64,000 nucleotides of DNA from Bacteroidales bacterium. Its GTDB lineage: Bacteria; Bacteroidota; Bacteroidia; Bacteroidales; PUMT01. The stretch is from positions 6,513 through 70,512 of the forward strand of contig SLKJ01000012.1 of NCBI GenBank assembly GCA_007134675.1, in the 5' to 3' direction. Positions 16,485-26,400 of the stretch are shown here, piece by piece. A program made the translations under genes and the position numbers. The notes beneath the pieces were generated by a model that saw only the letters and a list, made by a program, of their open reading frames with translations, did no database searches and was not told the origin of the DNA. Within the stretch, counting starts at the first letter, position 1, and every line of letters starts with the position of its first letter.

Positions 16485-18008
16485 ATGGCGAAGTACGGGA
16501 CGAGATGTATTATCTACCTGATTGACCTGGTGATCCTGACAGGATCATTTCTGCTGGTTGCCCTCTATAAGCCGGCCACGGCCCGTTATCTCTCAGATGA
16601 ATACCTGGTAGCTTACGCTGCGCTTATGGTTGCATGGTCTGCATCCTCTTTTTACTTTAAAAAATACAGTTTTAAAAAGAATGGGTCGGTTGAAAAGCTG
16701 GTACGGTCGGTTATTGTCTCTAATTTTGTTTCCATGGGAGTTATTCTGGTGCTGATTGTGCTGTTCTGGGTGTCCGGTTATTCCCGTCTTATGCTTTTCG
16801 GTACGATCGGCCTTGCTACCCTTCTGGAGCTTTTTTTCGGCAATCTGTATTACTCGCTTATAAGAACTTCAACCATAACCCAGGATGTGGAAAATCCGCC
16901 GATCAGGTCATGGGAAATAAAAACTGCAAGAAAAGCCAGAGATTTTAAAAAGTCCACTCTTTCTTCAGATATGATTAAAATCGCTGTTGAAGAGGAATGC
17001 GGACCGGGTATTTATGCTTTCATGAAGAGACAGCTTGATGAAGACTGCACCAAAACCCTTTTCCTATCAACCGGATCAAGGTTCAATGTCGAAATGCAAC
17101 CTGATAATTATTACCGTGCAATTGTAAATATGAAGCGGGTGAATGATATCAGGTTTATCAATAAATTCTTCGAGTCGGTTAACCGAAAACTGCCGGAAGG
17201 AGGTTTGTTCATCGGATGCGCCGAAACCAAGGAGCTGAGAAAAAAGCGGATATTGAAAAAATATCCTCCTGTTCTGAACATGATTTATTATTTCTTTGAT
17301 TACCTGCTGAAAAGGGTATTTCCGAAATTTATCCTTACACGGAAGATATATTTTCTGGTTACAAGGGGCAACAACCGTGTGCTTTCCCGCGCCGAGCTGC
17401 TTGGGAGGCTGTATTCATGCGGATTTTCAGTCAGCGATGAAGAATTTGTAAACGGTTTGTATTGTTACTGCGTTAAGAAAAACGGGGTGCCTTCATATGA
17501 TCTTGACCCCACTTACGGGGTATTCGTCAAACTTCAGAGGGTGGGGAAAGAAGGAAACATGATCAGGGTTTATAAGCTGCGCACTATGCACCCCTATGCC
17601 GAATACCTGCAGAAATATATTTATGAAAACAATAATCTTGATAACGGAGGTAAATATAAAAATGATTTCAGGGTCACATCCATGGGTAAGTTGTTGCGCG
17701 CTTTGTGGATAGATGAGCTGCCGATGATCTTCAATCTTTTAAAGGGGGAGGTCAAACTGGTGGGGGTCAGGCCGCTCAGCATGCAGTATTTCAGGCTTTA
17801 CAATAAAGGACTGCAGGAAAGAAGGCTCAGGTATAAACCAGGCCTGATCCCGCCTTTCTATGCTGATATGCCTGATACAATAGAAGAGATACAGGATTCA
17901 GAAAAAAGGTATCTTGACGCCTATGATAAAAATCCGTGGCAGACTGATATAAGATATCTGGGCAGGGCTGCGTTTAACATAATATTTAATAAAGCCCGCA
18001 GCAGATAG
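16485..18008 (+). CDS. Polyprenyl-phosphate sugar-1-phosphate transferase (bacterial sugar transferase family)
   Basis: 507 aa with N-terminal TM helices. The C-terminal catalytic motif is YKLRTMHPYAE ... NDFRVTSMGKLLRALWIDELPMIFNLLKGEVKLVGVRPLS (compare the KFRTM ... DPRIT ... LDELPQ ... LVGPRP consensus). Confidence 0.75.
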   Translation: MAKYGTRCIIYLIDLVILTGSFLLVALYKPATARYLSDEYLVAYAALMVAWSASSFYFKKYSFKKNGSVEKLVRSVIVSNFVSMGVILVLIVLFWVSGYSRLMLFGTIGLATLLELFFGNLYYSLIRTSTITQDVENPPIRSWEIKTARKARDFKKSTLSSDMIKIAVEEECGPGIYAFMKRQLDEDCTKTLFLSTGSRFNVEMQPDNYYRAIVNMKRVNDIRFINKFFESVNRKLPEGGLFIGCAETKELRKKRILKKYPPVLNMIYYFFDYLLKRVFPKFILTRKIYFLVTRGNNRVLSRAELLGRLYSCGFSVSDEEFVNGLYCYCVKKNGVPSYDLDPTYGVFVKLQRVGKEGNMIRVYKLRTMHPYAEYLQKYIYENNNLDNGGKYKNDFRVTSMGKLLRALWIDELPMIFNLLKGEVKLVGVRPLSMQYFRLYNKGLQERRLRYKPGLIPPFYADMPDTIEEIQDSEKRYLDAYDKNPWQTDIRYLGRAAFNIIFNKARSR

Positions 18009-18057
18009 TTAACCGGGTTATTATTTACCTGATTTTGATAAACTGCGATTTTTGATT

Positions 18058-18969
18058 ATGGAAATTCCCCATATGTTTTCTCAGGAGGTGTTGATAGCTT
18101 TCGCGCTGACTCTTTTCGCGGGACTGGCGACGGGAATAGGCAGCGCCCTTGCTTTTTTTACCAGAACCACCAATACCAGATTCCTTGCAATAGCGCTGGG
18201 CTTCTCGGCAGGCGTTATGATATATGTGTCAATGGTGGAGATATTTTTCAAGGCCCGGGAATCTCTTGTTGCTGAGCTTGGAGCCGTTCAGGGCAACTGG
18301 ATCACCCTGCTCTCCTTTTTCGGTGGCATACTTGTTATAGGTGTAATAGACCGTTTGGTGCCCTCTGACGAAAACCCGCACGAGGTCCGAATGGTTGAAG
18401 ATGTCAGCGAAATTGATGAAGTAAAGAAATTGAGCAGGGAGAACAGTAAAAACGAAGAAGACAGGGTGGATGACCGAAGCCCGTCAGAGGAAGAAAAAAA
18501 GGATAGACGCAAGAAGAAAAAACTGATGCGGATGGGAGTTTTTTCTGCCTTAGCTATTACCATCCATAATTTTCCCGAGGGTCTGGCTACATTTATTGCT
18601 GCGCTGACAGACCTGTCCATTGGTATCCCGATAGCCGTGGCTATAGCGATTCATAATATTCCCGAGGGTATAGCCATTTCAGTGCCCATCTATTATGCCA
18701 CGGGAAGCCGCAGAAAGGCATTTAAATACTCGTTTCTGTCAGGTCTGGCCGAACCCGTGGGTGCAATAATCGGATGGCTGATCCTTATGCCCTACCTGAA
18801 TGAGTCAGTGTTCGGGATCATATTTGCCGCTGTGGCGGGAATCATGGTGTTCATCTCAATTGATGAACTGCTGCCGGCCGCCCGGGAATACGGTGAACAT
18901 CATCTCTCTGTCTACGGACTGATAGGGGGTATGGCGGTGATGGGAATTTCCCTGGTGCTGCTGATGTAA
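18058..18969 (+). CDS. zupT: ZIP-family zinc transporter
   Basis: The ORF track starts at 18052 (TTG); the ATG is at 18058. It is multi-TM, with the paired motifs HNFPEGLA and HNIPEGIA. It contains an unusually long E/K/D-rich cytoplasmic loop. Confidence 0.75.
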   Translation: MEIPHMFSQEVLIAFALTLFAGLATGIGSALAFFTRTTNTRFLAIALGFSAGVMIYVSMVEIFFKARESLVAELGAVQGNWITLLSFFGGILVIGVIDRLVPSDENPHEVRMVEDVSEIDEVKKLSRENSKNEEDRVDDRSPSEEEKKDRRKKKKLMRMGVFSALAITIHNFPEGLATFIAALTDLSIGIPIAVAIAIHNIPEGIAISVPIYYATGSRRKAFKYSFLSGLAEPVGAIIGWLILMPYLNESVFGIIFAAVAGIMVFISIDELLPAAREYGEHHLSVYGLIGGMAVMGISLVLLM

Positions 18970-18995
18970 TTCCTGTCGGAAAGTAGGCATGGACA

Positions 18996-19028
18996 CTGTT
19001 CTCTGATTAATTCTGACAATGAGAACAG
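18996..19028. terminator. Weak hairpin between convergent zupT and trpS (CTGTTCTC-N17-GAGAACAG)
   Basis: Read directly. The stem is 8 bp and the loop is a long 17 nt, with no clear U-tract. Confidence 0.25.
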
Positions 19029-19100
19029 GATGATCAATTTTCAGGTCAACTTTAAAAAATCATTGGGGGACTGATGGTTGTTAAATTCAGTATGCCGGTG

Positions 19101-20090
19101 TCAGAACGGCTTGAAGCCGATTATCCTGCGAACATCACTGATAGTTTTCGAAGCGCTTTCCCGGGCTTTCTCCTCTCCCCTCCTTACCACCTTGCGAAGA
19201 TAATCGCGATCGGCCGATATCCCGGCAATACTTTCCCTGATGGGGGCAACAAACGATACCAGATCTTCGGCAAGCTGCTTCTTCAGGTCGCCATATCTTA
19301 TGGTGCACGCGGCATATTGTTCTTTGAAGTGCTTCACTGTGGCGGGATCTGACACAAACTGCATTATGGTGAAGAGGTTTTTTATCGGTTCTGCAACCTT
19401 CTGGTCGGGCTCGGTGGGACCGCTGTCGGTTACAGCCCTCATGACCTTTTTTCGTATTGTCTTATCGTCATCTGAAAGAAAAATGCCGTTGCCCTCAGAC
19501 TTGCCCATCTTTCCTGTACCATCAAGTCCGGGAATCTTGACCAGCTTCTCGCCGAAATTGTATGCTTCTGGCTCGGGAAAAAATCCGGTTCCGTACATGT
19601 TGTTGAACCGGCGTGCAAACTTTCGGGTTATTTCAAGATGCGGCTCCTGGTCCTTGCCCACCGGAACCCTGTTGGCCTTGTGTATGATAATGTCAGCTGC
19701 CATCAGGACCGGGTAGGTAAGTAATCCTGCGTTAACATTATCGGGCTGGTTCCTCACCTTTTCCTTGAAGGTGGTGGTTCGCTCAAGCTCCCCCTTGTAG
19801 GCTATCATGTTGAGCAGCAGATATAACTCGGTAACTTCCGGCACATCACTCTGCAGGTAAATAGTGGCCACATCGGGGTCAATGCCGCATGCCAGATACT
19901 CGGCAAGCACCTGCCGGACATTTTCATGCAGGTTGGACGGCGTAGGATGGGTGGTGAGGGAATGATAATCGGCTATAAAGAAGAAACACTTATTCTCGTG
20001 CTGCATCCGGGTAAAATTTCTCAGTGCACCAAAATAATTTCCCAGGTGCAGGTTGCCGGTTGAACGTATTCCGCTAACGACAATTTCCAT
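19101..20090 (-). CDS. trpS: Tryptophan--tRNA ligase
   Basis: 329 aa. Class I HIGH-type motif GNLHLGNYFGAL and KMSKS-type motif KMGKSEGN; overall length and pattern match TrpRS. Confidence 0.9.
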   Translation of the reverse strand: MEIVVSGIRSTGNLHLGNYFGALRNFTRMQHENKCFFFIADYHSLTTHPTPSNLHENVRQVLAEYLACGIDPDVATIYLQSDVPEVTELYLLLNMIAYKGELERTTTFKEKVRNQPDNVNAGLLTYPVLMAADIIIHKANRVPVGKDQEPHLEITRKFARRFNNMYGTGFFPEPEAYNFGEKLVKIPGLDGTGKMGKSEGNGIFLSDDDKTIRKKVMRAVTDSGPTEPDQKVAEPIKNLFTIMQFVSDPATVKHFKEQYAACTIRYGDLKKQLAEDLVSFVAPIRESIAGISADRDYLRKVVRRGEEKARESASKTISDVRRIIGFKPF

Positions 20091-20238
20091 TTTCTGTTTC
20101 AGGTTTTTGTGGTTACTGATTTTTCTCTTATCTCTCTCGCCCCCAAATACCAGCCTTTATATTTACTCATATTACCTTTCGGGGAAGCCAGGGCAAAATT
20201 AACTAAAAGTTCGTTATTGATTGATAATACTGAATTAG

Positions 20239-20329
20239 TTTATCATCCGGAATTCAATTTATCATCCGCAGGTTTATTTGTCATATGCAGGTTTATTTGT
20301 CATATGCAGGTTAAGTTTTCATCCGGAGG
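20239..20329. repeat. Degenerate ~19-bp tandem array (5 units; the two central units TTTATTTGTCATATGCAGG are identical)
   Basis: Read directly. The perfect 19-bp x2 copy is at 20273-20310. It is flanked by related units TTTATCATCCGG.., TTTATCATCCGCAGG and TTAAGTTTTCATCCGGAGG. Confidence 0.8.
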
Positions 20330-20552
20330 TTGGATTAAATGGCGGAATTCGGGTTGCAGCATGGAAATTTTTTTTACTGAATTGAACCGGGCTGTCTGGA
20401 ATATTGAATATCTGGTATTTTTAATTTATAGGTTTATCTTTGCCGGGGGATCTGTTCCGAAGGTTCACCTGGTTATGGAAAATTATCCTGTCGGGACAGT
20501 TACCCGGTCCGGTCGGACTACAGATATCCAACGAAAAAAAAACATTGGCGAA

Positions 20553-20891
20553 ATGGAATCACAAAGACAGAGCAAGGTGTCAAGGCTGATACAAAAAGAA
20601 CTGGCAGATATTTTTCAGAAACAGGGTAACAGCCTCTTCGGAGGTGGGATGATATCGGTTACCGTTGTGAGGGTGACACCCGACCTGGGCCTTGCCAGGG
20701 TATACGTCAGCCTGTTCCCGCCCGAAAGGAAACAGGAGCTTTTTGATTCTGTCAATGCACAGGTGAAGACCATAAGGCACGAACTGGGTCGAAGGGTGAA
20801 AAATCAGCTGAGACTGGTGCCGGAACTGCAGTTCTTTGTTGATGACAGCATCGACTACGCCAGGAGGATTGATGATCTGCTCAATTCCTGA
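20553..20891 (+). CDS. rbfA: Ribosome-binding factor A
   Basis: 112 aa from the internal ATG at 20553 of ORF 20109..20891. The sequence runs MESQRQSKVSRLIQKELADIF ... VTVVRVTPDLGLARVYVS ... VPELQFFVDDSIDYARRIDDLL, the RbfA pattern. The upstream 148 codons of the ORF look non-coding. Confidence 0.85.
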   Translation: MESQRQSKVSRLIQKELADIFQKQGNSLFGGGMISVTVVRVTPDLGLARVYVSLFPPERKQELFDSVNAQVKTIRHELGRRVKNQLRLVPELQFFVDDSIDYARRIDDLLNS

Positions 20892-20952
20892 TCTGTGCAG
20901 ATAATCCCCGACATACCTGAGGACGTGCCGGTCGCAAATCAAAACCACCGCT

Positions 20953-21762
20953 ATGCAATATGACCCGATAAAAAAGGATGCAGGCAGGATCTTTAATTGC
21001 TGCAGGTGGGCCAGAGTATTTTTCTACCGGCTTCTTAACCTGCTTCTTCTCAGGTCATGGTACGTCAGAAGCGAGATAAAACTATGGGCCGGTTCAGCCC
21101 CGCCAGATGCGGCAATACTCGATGCCGGTTCGGGATTCGGTCAGTATGTCTGGTTTGTCTCACGCCTTGGTGGCAATTACCGTGTTAAAGGGATAGATAT
21201 TAAGGTTGATGAGCTGGCCATCTGCAATAAATTTTTTGGCGGTGAGCGCTCCGGCGGGACTGTGAGTTTTGAAAAGGCGGACCTGACAACTTTCGTCGAA
21301 CCCGAAAGCTATGACCTGGCACTTTGCATTGATGTGCTTGAACATATTGAAGACGATGTGACAGTGATGGAAAACCTGTGCCGGTCGCTGAAGCCGGGAG
21401 GGATGCTGATAATATCAACTCCTTCCGATCAGGGCGGGTCAGACGTGCATCATGATGGTGACAGCTCTTTCATTGGCGAGCATGTGCGTGATGGTTACCC
21501 GGTTCAGGAAATAAGCAGCAAACTCCGGAAGGCAGGCTTCAACAGGGTGAAAACCCGCTACTCCTACAGGCGGTGGGGAAGGCTGTCGTGGATAATATCG
21601 ATGAAATACCCGATAAAAATGCTTAACCTTGGAAATATTTTTTTTGTGGTTCTTCCCGTTTACTACCTGATAACCCTCCCTTTTGCCATGTTGTTTAATA
21701 TTTTTGATCTTTACGGCAGGCGTGGCACGGGTACGGGATTGATAGTCAAAGCATGGAAATAA
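20953..21762 (+). CDS. Class I SAM-dependent methyltransferase with C-terminal membrane segment
   Basis: 269 aa. Motif I is ILDAGSGFGQY, the post-I acidic residue is in GIDI, and motif II-like is CIDVLEHIEDD. The hydrophobic tail is IFFVVLPVYYLITLPFAMLF. Confidence 0.7.
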   Translation: MQYDPIKKDAGRIFNCCRWARVFFYRLLNLLLLRSWYVRSEIKLWAGSAPPDAAILDAGSGFGQYVWFVSRLGGNYRVKGIDIKVDELAICNKFFGGERSGGTVSFEKADLTTFVEPESYDLALCIDVLEHIEDDVTVMENLCRSLKPGGMLIISTPSDQGGSDVHHDGDSSFIGEHVRDGYPVQEISSKLRKAGFNRVKTRYSYRRWGRLSWIISMKYPIKMLNLGNIFFVVLPVYYLITLPFAMLFNIFDLYGRRGTGTGLIVKAWK

Positions 21763-21840
21763 GGTACTTTGCAGGACGGCCAGGTTGGCAAAAAAAAATA
21801 ATTTTATAGTGAACATTTTTTCTTATAATTAAATTCTGTA

Positions 21841-21880
21841 ACGTATACTGAAATTATGTGACGTATACTGAAATTATGTA
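21841..21880. repeat. 20-bp tandem duplication (ACGTATACTGAAATTATGT[GA] x2)
   Basis: Read directly. It ends 7 nt before the GTG start (21888) of the FtsX-like permease gene. Confidence 0.85.
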
Positions 21881-21887
21881 ACTGACA

Positions 21888-23123
21888 GTGAATTTTTCCT
21901 TTTATATAGCAAAACGTTACCTGGTTGCCAAGAAATCGCAGAATGTAATAAATATCATTTCTGCTATCTCTGTTGTGGGCGTTGCCACCGGAACCATGGC
22001 GCTTATCGTGATCCTGTCGGTTTTTAACGGTTTCGACTCACTTATCAAGTCACTCTTTTCCATATTTGATCCGGAACTGGAGATCAGCCTGGTTGAAGGA
22101 AAGACCTTTACGGCAGCAGGCGACGAACGTTTTGAAGAGGTCAGGAACCATCCGGGCATACTGCACTTTACCGAAGTGCTTGAGGAGAATGCCCTTTTGA
22201 TGTACGACGACCGGCAACATATTGCCACTCTTAAAGGGGTGGGTGAAAATTATGCGGTCTATAGCGGACTGGACAGGATGCTGATTGAGGGTGATCTGAA
22301 ACTTCAGGATGAGTACGGAAATAATTTTGCGGTTTTGGGACGGGGCGTGGCAAATACCCTGGCCGTGGGCCTCAATTTTGTCACTCCGCTGGAGATCTAC
22401 ATTCCCCGCCGCACTGCACGGATTACAATGGATCCGCGGCAGGCTTTCAACAGGAGGCTCCTGTTTCCCTCAGGGATCTTTTCAGTCGAACAGGAAATCG
22501 ATCACAGCTATGTGCTGGTGCCGCTGGATTTTGCACGTGAACTGCTGGAGTACACTGATGAGGTTACCTCTGTTGAACTGGGCATACGGGAAGGTTTCCG
22601 CGAAAGCGCGGTACAGGAAGAGATAAGCGAAATTCTTGGTGAGGAGTTCAGGGTGCTTAACCGGTATCAGCAGAAAGAGTGGCTTTATAAGGTGATGCGG
22701 ACTGAAAAGTGGGCGATCTTCCTGATACTCGGTTTTATCCTGATGGTCGCTTCATTTAATATTATAGGTTCGCTTACAATGCTGATCATCGAAAAGAAAA
22801 AGGATATAGCTGTTCTGAAAAGCCTTGGTGCAGGGGAGAAACTGATCAGGAGAATTTTCCTGTTTGAGGGGTGGATGATTTCGGTTGTTGGGGCGGTTGC
22901 CGGATTGCTGCTGGGATTGGCTATCTGTCTTGTTCAGATGGAATTCGGTATTGTAAAGCTCTATGGCAGTGGCGCCTTTATAATTGATGCCTACCCTGTG
23001 GAACTGCAGCTACCCGATTTTATATATGTTTTTTTTACCGTCCTGCTTATTGGCCTTTTTGCCGCTCTGGTTCCCGTTCGCTACATTACCCGCCGCTATT
23101 TTACAGATTCCGAACAGCTTTAG
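21888..23123 (+). CDS. ABC transporter permease, FtsX/LolE-like
   Basis: 411 aa with a GTG start. The N-terminus is FYIAKRYLVAKKSQNVINIISAISVVGV, followed by a large periplasmic loop and a C-terminal FtsX-type 3-TM bundle (IFLILGFILMVASFNIIGSLTMLIIEKKKDIAVLKSLGA). Confidence 0.75.
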   Translation: MNFSFYIAKRYLVAKKSQNVINIISAISVVGVATGTMALIVILSVFNGFDSLIKSLFSIFDPELEISLVEGKTFTAAGDERFEEVRNHPGILHFTEVLEENALLMYDDRQHIATLKGVGENYAVYSGLDRMLIEGDLKLQDEYGNNFAVLGRGVANTLAVGLNFVTPLEIYIPRRTARITMDPRQAFNRRLLFPSGIFSVEQEIDHSYVLVPLDFARELLEYTDEVTSVELGIREGFRESAVQEEISEILGEEFRVLNRYQQKEWLYKVMRTEKWAIFLILGFILMVASFNIIGSLTMLIIEKKKDIAVLKSLGAGEKLIRRIFLFEGWMISVVGAVAGLLLGLAICLVQMEFGIVKLYGSGAFIIDAYPVELQLPDFIYVFFTVLLIGLFAALVPVRYITRRYFTDSEQL

Positions 23124-23177
23124 TTTAATTCAAAAACCCACATTCTCAGTTAAAGCCACCAGGGCTGCGCAATGTCC

Positions 23178-23242
23178 CTGATTGCTGCAATGGGAAACTC
23201 TGATTGTTGCAATGTGAAACTCTGATTGCTGCAATGGGAAGC
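23178..23242. repeat. 22-bp tandem repeat x3, each unit containing the palindrome ATTGCnGCAAT
   Basis: Read directly. The units are CTGATTGCTGCAATGGGAAACT, CTGATTGTTGCAATGTGAAACT and CTGATTGCTGCAATGGGAAGC. The array ends 166 nt upstream of the adhesin ATG. Confidence 0.85.
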
Positions 23243-23407
23243 ACCCAAAATTTTGGCCGGGGTTATCTGATGATTGACTAATAGCTGTATTTTGTAGATT
23301 AATAGCGGTTTAAGTGTAACCTTAATTTAAGGTGATCCGTAGAAACAGTAAAAAATCAGACGGGTAATTATGACCGGCTTTAAATTATTACAATTTATAC
23401 ATTGATA

Positions 23408-26400
23408 ATGAGGAAATTATACTCTTTGTTGATTCTGTTAATCCCGCTTGCCATCCTTTCAGGAAATGCTCATGCGCAGGATTTTCAGATTGTCTCGGTA
23501 ACTTCTGAACCTACCACATGTTACGATAATGACGAAGGAAGCATTTCAATAGAGGTTTCAGGCGGATCGCCTGATTACTCCTACATGTGGGTCAAAATAT
23601 CAGCCCCTTTTGGCTCCGGTATGGTCGATTCTCCCCTTACTGAACACACCTTCACCAACCTTCCCCGGGGAAGCTACATTATTTATGTAAATTACGCCGG
23701 CTCAGAGGAGGATGCACTGGAGAGAGTTGTTTCTGTTGGAAGCCCTCCTCAGCTTTTTGCCGGTATAACTCCCGATCCCGCGGAGACCTGCGTACTGACC
23801 GGAATTTCACTTAACGGTAACCCTTCCGGGGGAACAGGTTCCTATATTCATGAATGGTCGGGCGGTGGTGCAATGTATCTCTCTTCAGACGCAACTGGTA
23901 ACCCGGTATTTGAATCCCCTGTTCAGGGAGTATTCCCTCTTACCTATACAGTAAAAGATGATAACGGCTGTGAAGCCACTGACATGATTGACGTGGTTGT
24001 ATATCCCGAATTGTCGGCTTCGGCCGCTGTAACTGCAGATGTTAAATGTTACGGCGGGAACGACGGTGAGATAACCATATCCTCACCAATGGGCGGAACT
24101 GGTAATTTCGAGTATCGCATCAGCGGATCAGTATGGCAGACGGGTACTGTCTTTCAGGGACTGCCGGCCGGATTATATGACGTCTATATGAGAGATGCCT
24201 CAGTTGATCTATGCGTAAAGACAATCGGGTTCGGGCTTGAAGTAACCCAGCCTTCTAAGGCTCTTGAAGGAGCCGTTACAGATATTGAAAATGTTTCCTG
24301 TTATATGGGTGATGACGGTTCGGTTACCGTTGAGGGCAGTGGCGGCACAGCTCCTTACAGCTACAGCCTGGATGGTGGCCCTGCTACGGGCTCAGGTGTT
24401 TTCGGGGGTCTTGCAGCGGGTGATTATGTGGTGAGGGTTATTGACGATAACGACTGCACCTTTGATGTGCCGGTTACCATTTCCCAGCCATCTGAAGCTC
24501 TTGCCGGAGCTGTTACAGATATTGAAAATGTTTCCTGTTATATGGGTGATGACGGGTCGGTTACCGTTGAGGGCAGTGGCGGCACTGCTCCCTACAGCTA
24601 CAGCCTGGATGGTGGCCCTGCTACGGGGTCAGGTGTTTTCGGGGGCCTTGCAGCGGGTGATTATGTGGTGCGGATTATTGATGATAACGACTGCACCTTT
24701 GATGTGCCGGTTACAGTTTCCCAGCCTTCTGAGGCCCTTGGGGGAGCTGTTACAGATATTGAAAATGTTTCCTGTTATATGGGTGATGACGGGTCGGTTA
24801 CCGTTGAGGGCAGTGGCGGCACTGCTCCCTACAGCTACTGCCTGGATGGTGGCCCTGCTTCGGGGTCAGGTGTTTTCGGGGGCCTTGCAGCAGGTGATTA
24901 CCTGGTTACCGTTATAGATAATAACGACTGCACCTTTGATGTTCCGGTTACGGTTTCCCAGCCCGGTGAATTTACTATAACGGCTGAGTGGACAGGTATA
25001 ACGTGTTATAATGCTGCTGACGGGGAGATTGTGGTTTCTGCGGCCGGTGGCACTGCTCCCTGGGAATATTCGGTATTCATTGACGAAGAGCCTGTATATC
25101 AGGATTCACCGGTTTTCTCCGGCCTTGACCAGGAATTATACACTGTGGTGGCCCGCGATGCAAATATGTGCCTGAGCAACCAGCTGGTAATCGAGATTAC
25201 TGAACCGGACCAGGTGTTCGTCGGGTTCAATGCCCCTGCAATAGAGACTTGCTTCGGCGATCCGGGTACAATAACGCTGACCGCCTCGGGCGGAACCGGC
25301 AATTTTGAGTATTCAATATCCACAACCCAATATGTGCCCGCTGATTTCCAGTCCCTCAACATATTCGACAACCTTTCGGGAGATGTGGCCTACTATGCCT
25401 TTGTGCGTGATACTGAGACCAACTGCACTGTGAATGTAAATGCCGGAAACAGCATAACTATAGACCAGCCTTCTGAGATAGTGTATTCAGTGACAGAAGT
25501 TCTCGATGTCACGGACTGCAGCTTCAGCACAAACGGGAGGATCAGGATAAGTATGCCTGCCGGCGGATCATCCCCCTACAGGTATCTGATCGACGGAGTG
25601 AATAACGGCTCCCGCACATTCAGCGACCTGGGGGTTGGTGAATATCTGATAGAGGTAGAGGATAACAAGGGGTGCAGGAAGCCGGAAATTGTAACATTGA
25701 GCGGGCCTGACCCGGTAGTGATTGATAATTACATGCTTACCAATGTAACCGGCTGCTTCGGCAACACTAACGGAGAAATCAGCGTCCAGGCATCTGGTGG
25801 TGCAGGCGATCTTGAGTATTCCATAAACGGGATGGATTTCTTTGCCTCTGGTGATTTTGACAACCTTACAGCCGGCGAACACATAGTTACAGTGCGCGAT
25901 GCCAACAGCTGTGAATTCAACTTTCCCTTTACGCTTGAAGGTCCCGAAGAGCTGCTTTTTGCTTTTGTTGACATTAATAATATAGTAATAGGTTCGGGAG
26001 AAGAATCTGGCAGTGTGCTTATCGGGATGAGTGGCGGAACAGAGCCCTACACCTACAGCATTGACGATGGCAGCACCTGGCAGGATGAGGCCTTTTTCGA
26101 AGAGCTGGCATTGGGTGATTATGTTATCCTGGTGTCGGATGCAAATGACTGCATTGCCGATACCTCCGTTACCATAACCGAGGTGCTGGGTATTGATGCC
26201 TCAGCCGAGGTTCAGCCTCCCTCATGCTATGGTTATGAGGACGGTACAATTGTCATAACGGCGGAAATGGGTAATGAGCCTTTTGAATATTCAATTGATG
26301 ATGGACAGCAGTTCCACTCCAGTGGAACTTTTACCGGCCTGCCTGCGGATACCTACAGGCTGCAGGTGCGCGATGCCATGAATTATATCTGGGAAGGGAC

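Noticed and set aside
20109-20552. N-terminal 148 codons of the 260-aa ORF containing rbfA
   Set aside because: RbfA is ~110-120 aa, and a full RbfA begins at the internal ATG at 20553. The upstream part runs through tandem repeats and has no protein-like features.
23178-23242. Short tandem arrays (15-22 bp, here and at 20239, 21841, 29711, 61331) as possible CRISPR arrays
   Set aside because: The units are directly abutting with no unique spacers. The periods are far below CRISPR repeat-plus-spacer length, and no cas genes are present.
24441-24917. 158-aa alternative-frame ORF inside the adhesin gene
   Set aside because: Its own translation is internally repeated with the same 79-codon period, so it is a by-product of the 237-bp repeats in the SprB-type gene.
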